The notes beneath the pieces are model-generated. The model was not told where the DNA came from. It saw only the letters and a program-made list of their open reading frames with translations, and did not search any database. A stretch of 64,000 nucleotides of DNA from Candidatus Collierbacteria bacterium UBA2277 (GTDB lineage: Bacteria; Patescibacteriota; Microgenomatia; UBA1400; MFAQ01): contig DDWV01000002.1 in the NCBI GenBank assembly GCA_002347045.1, positions 8,551-72,550 on the forward strand, in the 5' to 3' direction. Shown here piece by piece: positions 1-9,567 of the stretch (its first letter is position 1; each line of letters opens with the position of its first letter). The position numbers and the translations under genes are program-made.

Positions 1-89
1 TACTCCCACAATCACCATCAACAAACAAACAACCCCCAGTATCAATTGTTTCCTATTAGCTCGTTTCTCCTTCACAATATCATTCTACT

Positions 90-368
90 CTAATCAAAAA
101 AAGCTTTCATAACAATATCAAAAGAAATCTGCCTATTATCTTGATCAACCAAAACAAAGGCATTTTCTTGAAAATTTATATCCATCTCCGCTACAATCCC
201 TTGCTCAAGCATTTTCTCATTGGCAATAGCCAAAGTTTCCAAATGATTATCAAAATCCATACAAACAACAGCTCCTCCCTCCTGTGTTTCATAAACAGTT
301 GCCCATTTTTCAAAACTATCCAAATCAGTTGGCAACAAATAATTTATCCTTTCTCTACATAATCTCAT
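90..368 (-). CDS. hypothetical protein (92 aa)
   Basis: ORF track only. It sits downstream of the tRNA-Ile and repeat region, and I recognise no motif. Confidence 0.3.
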   Translation of the reverse strand: MRLCRERINYLLPTDLDSFEKWATVYETQEGGAVVCMDFDNHLETLAIANEKMLEQGIVAEMDINFQENAFVLVDQDNRQISFDIVMKAFFD

Positions 369-469
369 AACTTCAATATAGCAAATATAAAAAAATCACA
401 AAGTATACTCAAACTCCATGAGCATTTCTAATGTAAAACGAATCACCAAACGCCAAACATCAAAACAAA

Positions 470-546
470 GATCCAAGCTTATACAAAAAACGCAGAACGA
501 CATTTCAATAATGCAATTATTGAAAAGAAATCGAGCAAGCTCTTAT
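470..546. repeat. modular inverted-repeat element, copy A (partial; degenerate left half)
   Basis: Shares ...atttcaataatgcaattattgaaaagaaatcgagcaagctcttat with copies B-E. It is followed immediately by a degenerate tRNA-Ile-like fragment (547-585). Confidence 0.5.
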
Positions 547-584
547 CTTGGGGAGCAACCTTGTCACCTCAGTCTTAATTCTGA

Positions 585-688
585 GCATCGTAATTAAGCG
601 AAGCGGATTACGAGCCTGAACAAACAGGAAGCGCAAGATTGATATTTCAATAACTCGGTTATTGAAAAGAAATCGAGCAAGCTGTTAT
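585..688. repeat. modular inverted-repeat element, copy B
   Basis: Hairpin1 cgtaattaagcgaagcggattacg, then aggaagcgca, then hairpin2 tcaataactcggttattga, then gaaatcgagcaagctgttat. The following bases cttatcaggactgc mimic the tRNA-Ile anticodon arm. Confidence 0.55.
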
Positions 689-734
689 CAGGACTGCTTC
701 GCCGATAGGCGAATAAGTATAATCACTCTGAAAG

Positions 735-808
735 TGGGCGATCTTGGGGTCGAACCAAGCACCTCAGTCTTATCAGGACTGCGCTCTAACCAGATGAGCT
801 AATCGCCC
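735..808 (-). tRNA. tRNA-Ile (anticodon GAT)
   Basis: Reverse complement GGGCGAT-TA-GCTC-ATCTGGTTA-GAGC-G-CAGTC-CTGATAA-GACTG-AGGTG-CTTGG-TTCGACC-CCAAG-ATCGCCC-A. All four arms are canonical and no CCA is encoded. Confidence 0.9.
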
Positions 809-821
809 AAACAACTCACAT

Positions 822-830
822 ATTTTACCC
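822..830 (-). promoter_or_regulatory. extended -10 element GGGTAAAAT about 13 nt upstream of the tRNA-Ile 5' end
   Basis: Minus strand reads tatagGGTAAAATatgtgagttgtt then GGGCG (tRNA). The same motif recurs at 3270, 5492, 24660 and 31933. Confidence 0.45.
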
Positions 831-851
831 TATACCCACGATTACAGCAAC

Positions 852-877
852 AAAAAAGCCGAGGGTCTCCCCTCGGC
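852..877 (-). terminator. intrinsic terminator-like hairpin (gccgaggg tctc ccctcggc) with a U-run on the minus strand
   Basis: 8-bp GC stem flanked by an A-run on plus (a T-run on minus). It lies 13 bp downstream of the 890..1108 ORF stop. Confidence 0.5.
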
Positions 878-889
878 AAAACAAAACTG

Positions 890-1108
890 TCAATCATTAA
901 AAACATCTATGAAGGATTTGACACTCTGATAAAAAAAGGAAAAACACGCATAAATAACGGCCCAACGGAGCAAAAGCTCCCTAAGACCAATAAATTCACT
1001 CATATTTGACTGAACAACAAAAAGCAACACTGCAAGAAAAACATAAAAAATGCCCAAAATAAAATCAGCCAGTCTCATTATTTCCTCCAATACAATATCT
1101 CGCCTCAA
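890..1108 (-). CDS. small hydrophobic protein (72 aa), uncertain
   Basis: ORF in the 16S / tRNA-Ile spacer. A terminator hairpin follows it. It has one predicted TM segment and no SD sequence is evident. Confidence 0.3.
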   Translation of the reverse strand: MRRDIVLEEIMRLADFILGIFYVFLAVLLFVVQSNMSEFIGLRELLLRWAVIYACFSFFYQSVKSFIDVFND

Positions 1109-1187
1109 TCAGTTCAAGACGAGTTAAAATTAAAGTACAATAGACCGATAATATAACATTTTTTACTCAAAAAGTCAACCTATATAC

Positions 1188-1287
1188 AAAAAACCCACAT
1201 CCCTGTGGGTTTTTAAAACCTGTTCAAAGCAAAGCAGCCAATACCAAATCAATATCATCTCAAAAGTGACAAAGAGTCTAGGTTAGA
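1188..1287. repeat. 100-bp direct repeat DR1; begins with terminator-like hairpin aaaaacccacatccctgtgggttttt
   Basis: About 98 percent identical to 1409..1507. The hairpin has 11-bp arms with U-runs on both sides. Confidence 0.8.
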
Positions 1288-1300
1288 GCTATACCCAGAC

Positions 1301-1399
1301 CATAATGACGAAGTGATTATGGGCGCCAGGTATAAGAGGAAGCACAGTCTGGATACCTCAATAATAATATTATTGAGGAGAAGACGAGCAAGCTCTTAT
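1301..1399. repeat. modular inverted-repeat element, copy C (flanked by DR1 and DR2)
   Basis: cataatgacgaagtgattatg hairpin, tataagaggaagcaca, hairpin2 tcaataataatattattga, ggagaagacgagcaagctcttat. Confidence 0.6.
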
Positions 1400-1408
1400 T
1401 TAAACACT

Positions 1409-1507
1409 AAAAACCCACATTCCTGTGGGTTTTTAAAACCTGTTCAAAGCAAAGCAGCCAATACCAAATCGATATCATCTCAAAAGTGACAAAGAGTCTA
1501 GGTTAGA
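1409..1507. repeat. 100-bp direct repeat DR2. Its hairpin at 1409-1434 is about 145 nt downstream of the 16S 3' end and may act as a terminator on the minus strand.
   Basis: Near-identical to DR1 with two substitutions. The stem-loop is followed by a U-run on the minus strand. Confidence 0.8.
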
Positions 1508-1579
1508 TATATTTAAACACTCTCCAACCAATAGTGTGGCGATTATTATCATCGGTCTCGTGAAGACCTTTACTCCTAG

Positions 1580-3078
<1,499 letters not shown>

Positions 3079-3269
3079 AAATTGAATTTTAAAACGTCAC
3101 TCTCTGCCACTTTTCAAATGACAAAAATTTAGTATCAAATATACTGCTACGTATATTTGGCTGCTTCACTTGTTAATGAACTTCGCTATTGTAACAACCT
3201 AAACTAAGTTTGGCAAGTACAAATCAGAACTTCCACAAAAGGAAATTTAAGAACTTCGCGAACATCAAT

Positions 3270-3278
3270 ATTTTACCA
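3270..3278 (-). promoter_or_regulatory. candidate 16S promoter: extended -10 TGGTAAAAT about 190 nt upstream of the 16S 5' end
   Basis: Minus strand reads ctaTGGTAAAATattgatg. The -35 is weak (TGTTAC). Confidence 0.4.
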
Positions 3279-3404
3279 TAGACATTAAATAAGTAACAGG
3301 CTTTCACTCAAACTACTCACTACACTGCAAATTTGCACTTATAGGCCGTTTCATGATAAAATCCACCTGTTCTTTCCCATACTAAACGAAACCGGAGGAA
3401 AAAT

Positions 3405-3803
3405 ATGTATTGTTATTTACTTGTTTTTTGCTATGTTAAAAACAAAAACACTTACTCTTCAAATTTGACAGTCAATCAAATAAAACCGTTTTCAGATACT
3501 AACGTCAGTCATTATGAACAAGTAGCTTCGTATTTAAATGAAGGCAAAAGCAGGATTATAAATATTATTCCCATTGCGCAGGAGACCCACCAAGAAACAC
3601 AAAATAACAAAAGGGTCTTGTACAATTTCATTTACAAAGCAACGTACAAAGCAGATAAACCATCACTTGAAATAAGATCTCGTATTCTTGATCATTACGT
3701 AACAGACTCTTCAGTCGACAAAGATTACAAAAGCCTTATTCTCTTTTTGTTAGAAGAAGATCCTGATTTAGAGTACGAAGTAATCTCTCACATCAAAATC
3801 TAG
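3405..3803 (+). CDS. hypothetical protein (132 aa)
   Basis: Strong SD (ccggaggaaaaatATG) and a rho-independent terminator right after the stop. I recognise no domain. Confidence 0.6.
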   Translation: MYCYLLVFCYVKNKNTYSSNLTVNQIKPFSDTNVSHYEQVASYLNEGKSRIINIIPIAQETHQETQNNKRVLYNFIYKATYKADKPSLEIRSRILDHYVTDSSVDKDYKSLILFLLEEDPDLEYEVISHIKI

Positions 3804-3827
3804 CAAGAAAAAAGGGGACAAAAACCC

Positions 3828-3856
3828 AAGGAGGCCACAAGCCTCCTTTTTTTTGC
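3828..3856 (+). terminator. rho-independent terminator (ggaggccacaagcctcc + T8)
   Basis: 7-bp GC-rich stem followed by tttttttt. Confidence 0.75.
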
Positions 3857-3888
3857 CAAAAAAATAGTCCCTGGGTAAACCCAGGGAC
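3857..3888 (-). terminator. rho-independent terminator on minus (gtccctgggtaaacccagggac + U-run)
   Basis: 9-bp stem preceded on plus by aaaaaaa. Forms a convergent terminator pair with 3828-3856. Confidence 0.7.
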
Positions 3889-3898
3889 AAATAATATA

Positions 3899-4159
3899 CT
3901 ACCCACCTTCGAGCTCAGCGTCTCGAAGGGCAATCTGACGCTTTAAGTAGCGCTGATAATCGACCGGACACATCCGATCAAATCCTTCAGTGCTCTTATG
4001 GTTGCATCCAGAACCCGACACCCCGTGGCAGGTACGCCCATCGGGTTGAGTCTTTTTAGTTCCACCACCACGGCGAAACTTTTCTGTAGCTTCAATCTTC
4101 TCTGTGCTAGGCAGAATAGAAAGAAACTCCAGTGCATACCAAGGAAGAACTACTTTCAA
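3899..4159 (-). CDS. small Cys/His-rich protein (86 aa), possible metal-binding
   Basis: TTG start preceded by aaaaGGAGGgtgtt. Motifs CHGVSGSGCNH and CPVDYQRY. Family not recognised. Confidence 0.4.
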   Translation of the reverse strand: MKVVLPWYALEFLSILPSTEKIEATEKFRRGGGTKKTQPDGRTCHGVSGSGCNHKSTEGFDRMCPVDYQRYLKRQIALRDAELEGG

Positions 4160-4246
4160 AACACCCTCCTTTTAATAATGGTAGAAAGAAGAACGATTAA
4201 TGTACATCCAAAAGTATATCAAATTAGCCCTATAATGTCAAGCTAT

Positions 4247-5374
4247 CTAAACTATCACCCCTCCCCCTAAACACTCTCCATCTTCTCCATAAAACACCGC
4301 ACTCTGCCCACTGGCTATCCCACGAACTGGCTTATCCAGAACCACTAATAAGCCCTCTTTTGTTTCTTCTCCTCTAGCACTTATCAGTTCTCCCCCATGT
4401 CGAATTCTCACTTTGATGTGTTTCAAATTCCATTTTGTTTTCGATATCATATTTATCTCACCCACTTCGAAGTTATCTTCTCTAGCCAAACTCTCCTCGG
4501 CCACAACTAATATATTTTTCTTTGCATCTTTACGAACAATATAAAACACAGGTGTTACCCCACTTTCAGAAAACTTTCTCTGAGCCTCTGGCAATATCTT
4601 CCAACCGCCTCTTTGCCCAATGGTATAAAACCAAACTCCATCATGTTTTCCAATCACATCTCCGTTTACATCCATCACTTTCCCAGGATTGTCCTTAAAC
4701 TTCCTAGCCAAAAACTCTCTTGCCTCTACATTCCCCACAAAACAAATTCCCTGTGAATCTTTTCGTTTAGCCACACTTAATTTTGCTTTTTCTGCTAGAG
4801 CCCTCACCTCTCCTTTATCCACTCCACCCAAAGGAAATAGTGTATGTTTCAACTCATTTTGAGTTAACTTCCACAAAAAATACGTCTGATCTTTATGCTT
4901 ATCCTCCGGGATGAACAACTTGGCCTGCCCCTCGTAGTCCGAAGGACGAAGTAGGGCATAATGTCCCGTCGCAATATAGTCAAATCCATTCTCCAAAGCC
5001 CAAGTTAAAAACAACCCAAACTTAATCTCCGAGTTGCACATCACATCTGGATTTGGCGTTCTTCCAGTCTCATAACTATCATAAAAATACTTGATTACTT
5101 TCTCGTTATAATCTTCCGAAAAATCCAAAACCTTAAAAGGAATTCCAAGTTCCAAAGCAGTTTTCAAAGCAAAAGCTCTATCCTCGTCTGCCCTACAGCC
5201 ATTTTTCTTTATCCACTCTTCTCTAGTGACCCCATCTTTCTCTATCTCACTTTTTGGAGGCCAACAATAAAGATGAACTCCAGTCACATCATATCCTTGT
5301 TCCGTCAAAAGCAAAGCCGCTACGGCCGAGTCTACTCCTCCAGAAATTCCAACAGCTACTTTTTTTCGACTCAC
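4247..5374 (-). CDS. mnmA: tRNA-specific 2-thiouridylase MnmA
   Basis: PP-loop VAVGISGGVDSAVAA, NPDVMCN motif, 375 aa. GTG start. Confidence 0.9.
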   Translation of the reverse strand: MSRKKVAVGISGGVDSAVAALLLTEQGYDVTGVHLYCWPPKSEIEKDGVTREEWIKKNGCRADEDRAFALKTALELGIPFKVLDFSEDYNEKVIKYFYDSYETGRTPNPDVMCNSEIKFGLFLTWALENGFDYIATGHYALLRPSDYEGQAKLFIPEDKHKDQTYFLWKLTQNELKHTLFPLGGVDKGEVRALAEKAKLSVAKRKDSQGICFVGNVEAREFLARKFKDNPGKVMDVNGDVIGKHDGVWFYTIGQRGGWKILPEAQRKFSESGVTPVFYIVRKDAKKNILVVAEESLAREDNFEVGEINMISKTKWNLKHIKVRIRHGGELISARGEETKEGLLVVLDKPVRGIASGQSAVFYGEDGECLGGGVIV

Positions 5375-5387
5375 AGACTATATTCTA

Positions 5388-5491
5388 GCATCGTAATCAA
5401 GGTACTCCGAATTACGAGCGAATATAAGAGGAAGCGCACAATGACATATCAATAATGAATATTATTGATAGGAAGCGGAGCAAGCTCTTAT
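5388..5491. repeat. modular inverted-repeat element, copy D, in the mnmA 5' leader
   Basis: cgtaatcaaggtactccgaattacg hairpin, tataagaggaagcgca, tcaataatgaatattattga hairpin, ggaagcggagcaagctcttat. It lies directly downstream of -10 box TGGTAAAAT (5492-5500, minus). Confidence 0.65.
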
Positions 5492-7047
5492 TTTACCAAT
5501 CCCAAATTACCCTCACACAGATAAAATCCAGGTCTTTCCACCAAGCACTCCTCAAACTTTTCCATTGCCTTATCCTTATCCCCCGTCCACAAATAATACA
5601 TTCCCCAGTTATTCAAAAGCTCTGGATATTTGGGATATATTTCATCCGCCTTTTCCATTACTACCTTTCCACCCTCCAAATCATTACTCATAAGCAGTAT
5701 TGCTGCCTTATTACTCTGTGCCATCACACTATTTTGCACATAACCCGCATCATGAACAAAAAGCCTCTCCTGAGACAACCAATCAATATTCCTTACCATT
5801 GTTCTACTCAACAAAACCAATATCAATAGTAGTCCGAAGTACTTGTCCAATTTGGAAAAGATTGCGCAAAGCCAAAAAGCCTGGTCTTTTCGTACTCGAG
5901 AAGTTTTTGGCTGCAAGTCAGGACGGCTTTTGCGCAGGCAAAAGAGCGTCCGGTTTTTCAAATGGATATGTACTGCAGGACAAGAAATTGATAAGGCCAT
6001 CATCACCATCCCCAAACTCGGCCAAAACCAAAGCCTTTCACCAAATATCGTCCCAATCGGAAAAAGGAAATTTCCCGTGATCAGCAAAGGACCCCAGAAA
6101 AAGGCCTGTCCTAAAATCCACAATTTATTTCCACGAAGTTTAGTAAACAAGCTCCCAAGAGACATTGCCATCAACAAGATCCCCAACAGCACTTTCCAGT
6201 CAAACCAACCTGAAACCAACTTCAATTGATTAAAGGAATAGTCATAACTTAAATTAATAGGAAACACCACCTTTCCTATTCCAAAAGGAACCAAAGCGAA
6301 AGCATTTTGAACCCTCACCTCACTCGACACAAATCTCAAATGATTTTCCACCATAGTCGCATTGTTACTCAGGCCATTACCTCCCAACACCATCATCCGT
6401 AAAACCAAAAAGGTAACCGTTACAAACGCATAAAACATTGCTACTCCTACCTTTAGATCTTTCTTTCCCTTCCCAGTCAAAATCAAATACAACAAGACGG
6501 GCAGTCCTACAATGGCCGTTTCTTTCGACAACAAAGCCAAAAAGAAAGCAAAAGCACTCAACTCCCATTTTTTCTTATACTGCAAAATTATTGCCAATAA
6601 CACAAAACCCAAAGACAACATCTCCGCTCTCCCCACAATATTGTTCACCACCTCTGTATGAATCGGTAACACCAAAAACAACAAAGCAAAAAGGAAAGCC
6701 TCGTTTTTTGGAGATTTTTCATAATCCTCAAAAATCTTTTTAAACACTTCATACACCAAGAAGCAAACTCCAGAATAAAACAACACATTCACCAAACGAA
6801 ATCCCCAAGAATCGGTTCCCAAAACTAAGGCGTTAAGATACAAACTAAAACTAGTCAAAGGGCGATACACACCCGTCTCAGGCCCCTCTAAGTAGTAGTA
6901 TGGTCTCGTCCAAGTAGCCACCAAAGGACTTATTTTCCCCATCTCAGGATCTCCAGAGACTATTTTTAAATCATCTTGAATAAAACCGCCAAAAACACTC
7001 ACCCCATAAAGAACCAATGAAACCACAAAAATTATCCAACCCTTCAT
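5488..7047 (-). CDS. polytopic membrane protein with C-terminal TPR repeats (PMT/TMTC/ArnT-like glycosyltransferase candidate)
   Basis: About 10 TM segments, FIQDD motif near the N-terminus, TPR-like C-terminus, 519 aa. Confidence 0.5.
   Translation of the reverse strand: MKGWIIFVVSLVLYGVSVFGGFIQDDLKIVSGDPEMGKISPLVATWTRPYYYLEGPETGVYRPLTSFSLYLNALVLGTDSWGFRLVNVLFYSGVCFLVYEVFKKIFEDYEKSPKNEAFLFALLFLVLPIHTEVVNNIVGRAEMLSLGFVLLAIILQYKKKWELSAFAFFLALLSKETAIVGLPVLLYLILTGKGKKDLKVGVAMFYAFVTVTFLVLRMMVLGGNGLSNNATMVENHLRFVSSEVRVQNAFALVPFGIGKVVFPINLSYDYSFNQLKLVSGWFDWKVLLGILLMAMSLGSLFTKLRGNKLWILGQAFFWGPLLITGNFLFPIGTIFGERLWFWPSLGMVMMALSISCPAVHIHLKNRTLFCLRKSRPDLQPKTSRVRKDQAFWLCAIFSKLDKYFGLLLILVLLSRTMVRNIDWLSQERLFVHDAGYVQNSVMAQSNKAAILLMSNDLEGGKVVMEKADEIYPKYPELLNNWGMYYLWTGDKDKAMEKFEECLVERPGFYLCEGNLGLVK
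5492..5500 (-). promoter_or_regulatory. extended -10 TGGTAAAAT upstream of element D / mnmA
   Basis: Minus strand reads gattGGTAAAATaagagc. Same motif as at 822, 3270, 24660 and 31933. Confidence 0.4.
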
Positions 7048-7260
7048 TACTCAATTGTAAATCAATCTACTTTCTTAGTTCCTTAATTATCTTCCCCACT
7101 CGAAACTTGCTCTGACCTTGCTTCTCATCACGCTTAGAATGCTCTGCATTCTCAAACTTATTTTTATCTATCTCGTCAGATGTTTCCTGATACTGATTAT
7201 GAAAGCTAGGCATATAAACAGTATTCTTCTGTTTCATGCATAAATTGTAACATAAATTAC

Positions 7261-7689
7261 TTACTCAAAAATTAACTTTGGATTCCTACTAACAAACAAT
7301 TTTTCAGCCGCCTCTTCTCCTTCTCTATGTATCCTATTCCTAACATCGATATTAGTCTCCTTTAAGATACCAAATTTTTCTTCGAGGAGCTCCTTATATT
7401 GACCCAAATACAGTTCAAAACCACCATCAGCTTTCAGTCGATCTTTTATAATACCGACAAACATCTCATTAATTATCACGGACGACCCTTCCGTTTTATC
7501 AAAAAGCATTTCTCTTGCTTCATTTGCTTTACGAATTACTTTATCTCTTTCCTCCTTTGACCTCTCACCTGACACATAAAACATAAGATCTACTCCGGCA
7601 AGATAATCGTAACCAAAAGCTTTTCTTTCTTCCTCTGATATTTCTTTATTTTTTTGTCCACTAAACTCAGTAAAAAAACTCATATACAC
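7261..7689 (-). CDS. small acidic hypothetical protein (142 aa) ending ...KLIFE
   Basis: Translationally coupled (3-bp gap) to the upstream ATP-grasp gene. Glu/Lys-rich with no recognised domain. Confidence 0.55.
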   Translation of the reverse strand: MYMSFFTEFSGQKNKEISEEERKAFGYDYLAGVDLMFYVSGERSKEERDKVIRKANEAREMLFDKTEGSSVIINEMFVGIIKDRLKADGGFELYLGQYKELLEEKFGILKETNIDVRNRIHREGEEAAEKLFVSRNPKLIFE

Positions 7690-7692
7690 ATA

Positions 7693-8613
7693 CTAACACA
7701 CGATTTCTCTAGCCACGTTTATTTCCGGATGAGCCTTTTCAAACCATTTAAACTGGGCCGTTCTATTTACCTCAATTATTCTCCACATCTTTCCATCTTC
7801 ATCCCAAGCCACGTCCAACCCAGCATACTCAGCTCTCAACACCTTAGTTGCGCTCAAAGATAAACTTGCCAACTCATTCATTTGTTCTTCAGAAAAACTT
7901 GGTTTTACTTTTGATATCTCCTCTTGAAACTCCAATGTTTGGTATTTATTTTTCTGTTTATGTTTCATCATTCCTAAAACTCTATCTTGAAACACCAACA
8001 CCCTGTACCATCTTCGCACCTTCAAGACAGGCTGAATCAATACATCTCCCTCACTATATATCTGAGACAGTTTTACCAATCTTTTCATAGACTCGGCTAG
8101 TTTTACATTTTTCCCATGTGAACCAAATCTCGCTTTTACCATCACAGGAACAAAATCGCCCCTCCTTTTTGCAACTAGCTTCAGATATCTTTTCCATCCT
8201 CTCTCACCGTTAAAAGAAATAAACGGAATCACCGGTAATCCGGCTTGAGCCAACAAAACCCCTTGTTCTAATTTACCCATCAAAGGAAACAGTTTAAAAC
8301 TCTCACCATTAATTACCTTTGGCTTATTCTCTTCTATTTTTTCCACATACTCCAAAATAATCGTCTTCACCCCCAACATAGACTTTTCACCTCTCTTTGA
8401 AGCTGCCCTTGGTACAATCAATCCATACTCTTCCACTTTTATTCCATTTCCTAAATCAATGATTGGTTTTCCCTTACTACTTACCCCAAGCCTAACATGC
8501 TCATAATTCACCCTATCCACTTGGAAACCCAACTTTTCCGCCTCCTCAGCTAGCCTTTTTGGCTCATACTCGCCTTTAAATCTGGTCAAAATTAATACTT
8601 TTTTCATATACAA
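7693..8613 (-). CDS. RimK-type ATP-grasp ligase (alpha-L-glutamate-ligase-like), paralog 1
   Basis: VMVKARFGSHGKNV and GLDVAWDEDGKMWRIIEVNRTAQF resemble RimK/LysX ATP-grasp motifs. 306 aa. Confidence 0.7.
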   Translation of the reverse strand: MYMKKVLILTRFKGEYEPKRLAEEAEKLGFQVDRVNYEHVRLGVSSKGKPIIDLGNGIKVEEYGLIVPRAASKRGEKSMLGVKTIILEYVEKIEENKPKVINGESFKLFPLMGKLEQGVLLAQAGLPVIPFISFNGERGWKRYLKLVAKRRGDFVPVMVKARFGSHGKNVKLAESMKRLVKLSQIYSEGDVLIQPVLKVRRWYRVLVFQDRVLGMMKHKQKNKYQTLEFQEEISKVKPSFSEEQMNELASLSLSATKVLRAEYAGLDVAWDEDGKMWRIIEVNRTAQFKWFEKAHPEINVAREIVC

Positions 8614-8652
8614 ATTTGAATATTTCTTGGTAAATTCCGAAGTACGTGTCCT

Positions 8653-9567
8653 TTATTTCCCAAACTTACTAATACAATACTCAAGAATTATCTTCGGGGC
8701 ATTTATCTTCGTTCTCTTCTCAAACACCTTAAACTGAGGCGCCTCATTCACTTCAATTATGTAAACTTCACCAGTTTTCTTATCAATAACCAAGTCCGTT
8801 CCTGCCACCTCCACCTCCAAAACTTTTGCAGCTGCTTCTGCAACAGCAGTTACCTCTTTTGGCACTTCCTTTAGTCCCACAGAATTCCCCTGGCTTTTAT
8901 TCAAAATTAATTTCTCTTCCTTTACCTGTCTCTTAAACCCCCCAATGCATTTGTACCCAACAGTCATCACTCGATAGTCACCATCATTTTCAATATACTC
9001 TTGCACCAAAAAACCTCTCAGCGGTAATGCCTTTTCACCATTTACTTTTGCTTTCTTTTTTCTCTCTTCCAAAACAATTTTCAGTTTTCCCAAGTCTGAA
9101 TACTCTCTTATCCAAAAAGTTCCCATTCCATGTCTTCCACCTTGAGATAACTTCACAATCAAAGGGAACTTAGCTTCTCTCAAAAAAATCTCGAGGTCTT
9201 TCCAAGTTTCTATATACTCTGACTTTGGATACCTTACACCAGCCTCCTTCAACTGCCAGCTCATCACACTTTTAAAACGACGTAAAGGCCCCTCGCTTAT
9301 CAAGTACTCGTCTACCACTGGAATACTATGTTTCTTTGCATACAACTGCAACAATTTACTCCATTCCAACTCAGACCCTACAGATCGAAAATACCAGCCA
9401 TCAAAGTCACACATATCAACCTCCCCAAACATAATTTTTCCATTTACCATCTTTAGCTGTCGGTACTTAATCAAAACCAGCTCAACACCCAATAACTCTG
9501 CTTCTTTCAAAAATCGTTCTTCACTTTCATCAAAAGTAATTCTATGCAAATAAGCTATTTTCATCAT
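8653..9567 (-). CDS. RimK-type ATP-grasp ligase, paralog 2
   Basis: IVKLSQGGRHGMGTFWI and AGTDLVIDKKTGEVYIIEVNEAPQFKVF. 304 aa. 4-bp overlap with the upstream gene. Confidence 0.7.
   Translation of the reverse strand: MMKIAYLHRITFDESEERFLKEAELLGVELVLIKYRQLKMVNGKIMFGEVDMCDFDGWYFRSVGSELEWSKLLQLYAKKHSIPVVDEYLISEGPLRRFKSVMSWQLKEAGVRYPKSEYIETWKDLEIFLREAKFPLIVKLSQGGRHGMGTFWIREYSDLGKLKIVLEERKKKAKVNGEKALPLRGFLVQEYIENDGDYRVMTVGYKCIGGFKRQVKEEKLILNKSQGNSVGLKEVPKEVTAVAEAAAKVLEVEVAGTDLVIDKKTGEVYIIEVNEAPQFKVFEKRTKINAPKIILEYCISKFGK

Noticed and set aside
400-735. tRNA-Ala expected after tRNA-Ile in an rRNA spacer
   Set aside because: No cloverleaf or GGGGCUA...CGAACC signature was found. Only degenerate tRNA-Ile-like fragments are present.
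1188-1510. Possible CRISPR array (direct repeats)
   Set aside because: Only two copies of a 100-bp repeat. This is far longer than CRISPR repeats, there is no regular spacer pattern, and no cas genes are present.
5273-6229. Plus-strand ORFs 5273..5455, 5455..5829, 5700..6080, 5843..6229
   Set aside because: They are antisense to mnmA and the TPR membrane protein, or they overlap repeat element D. They have no motifs and low complexity.
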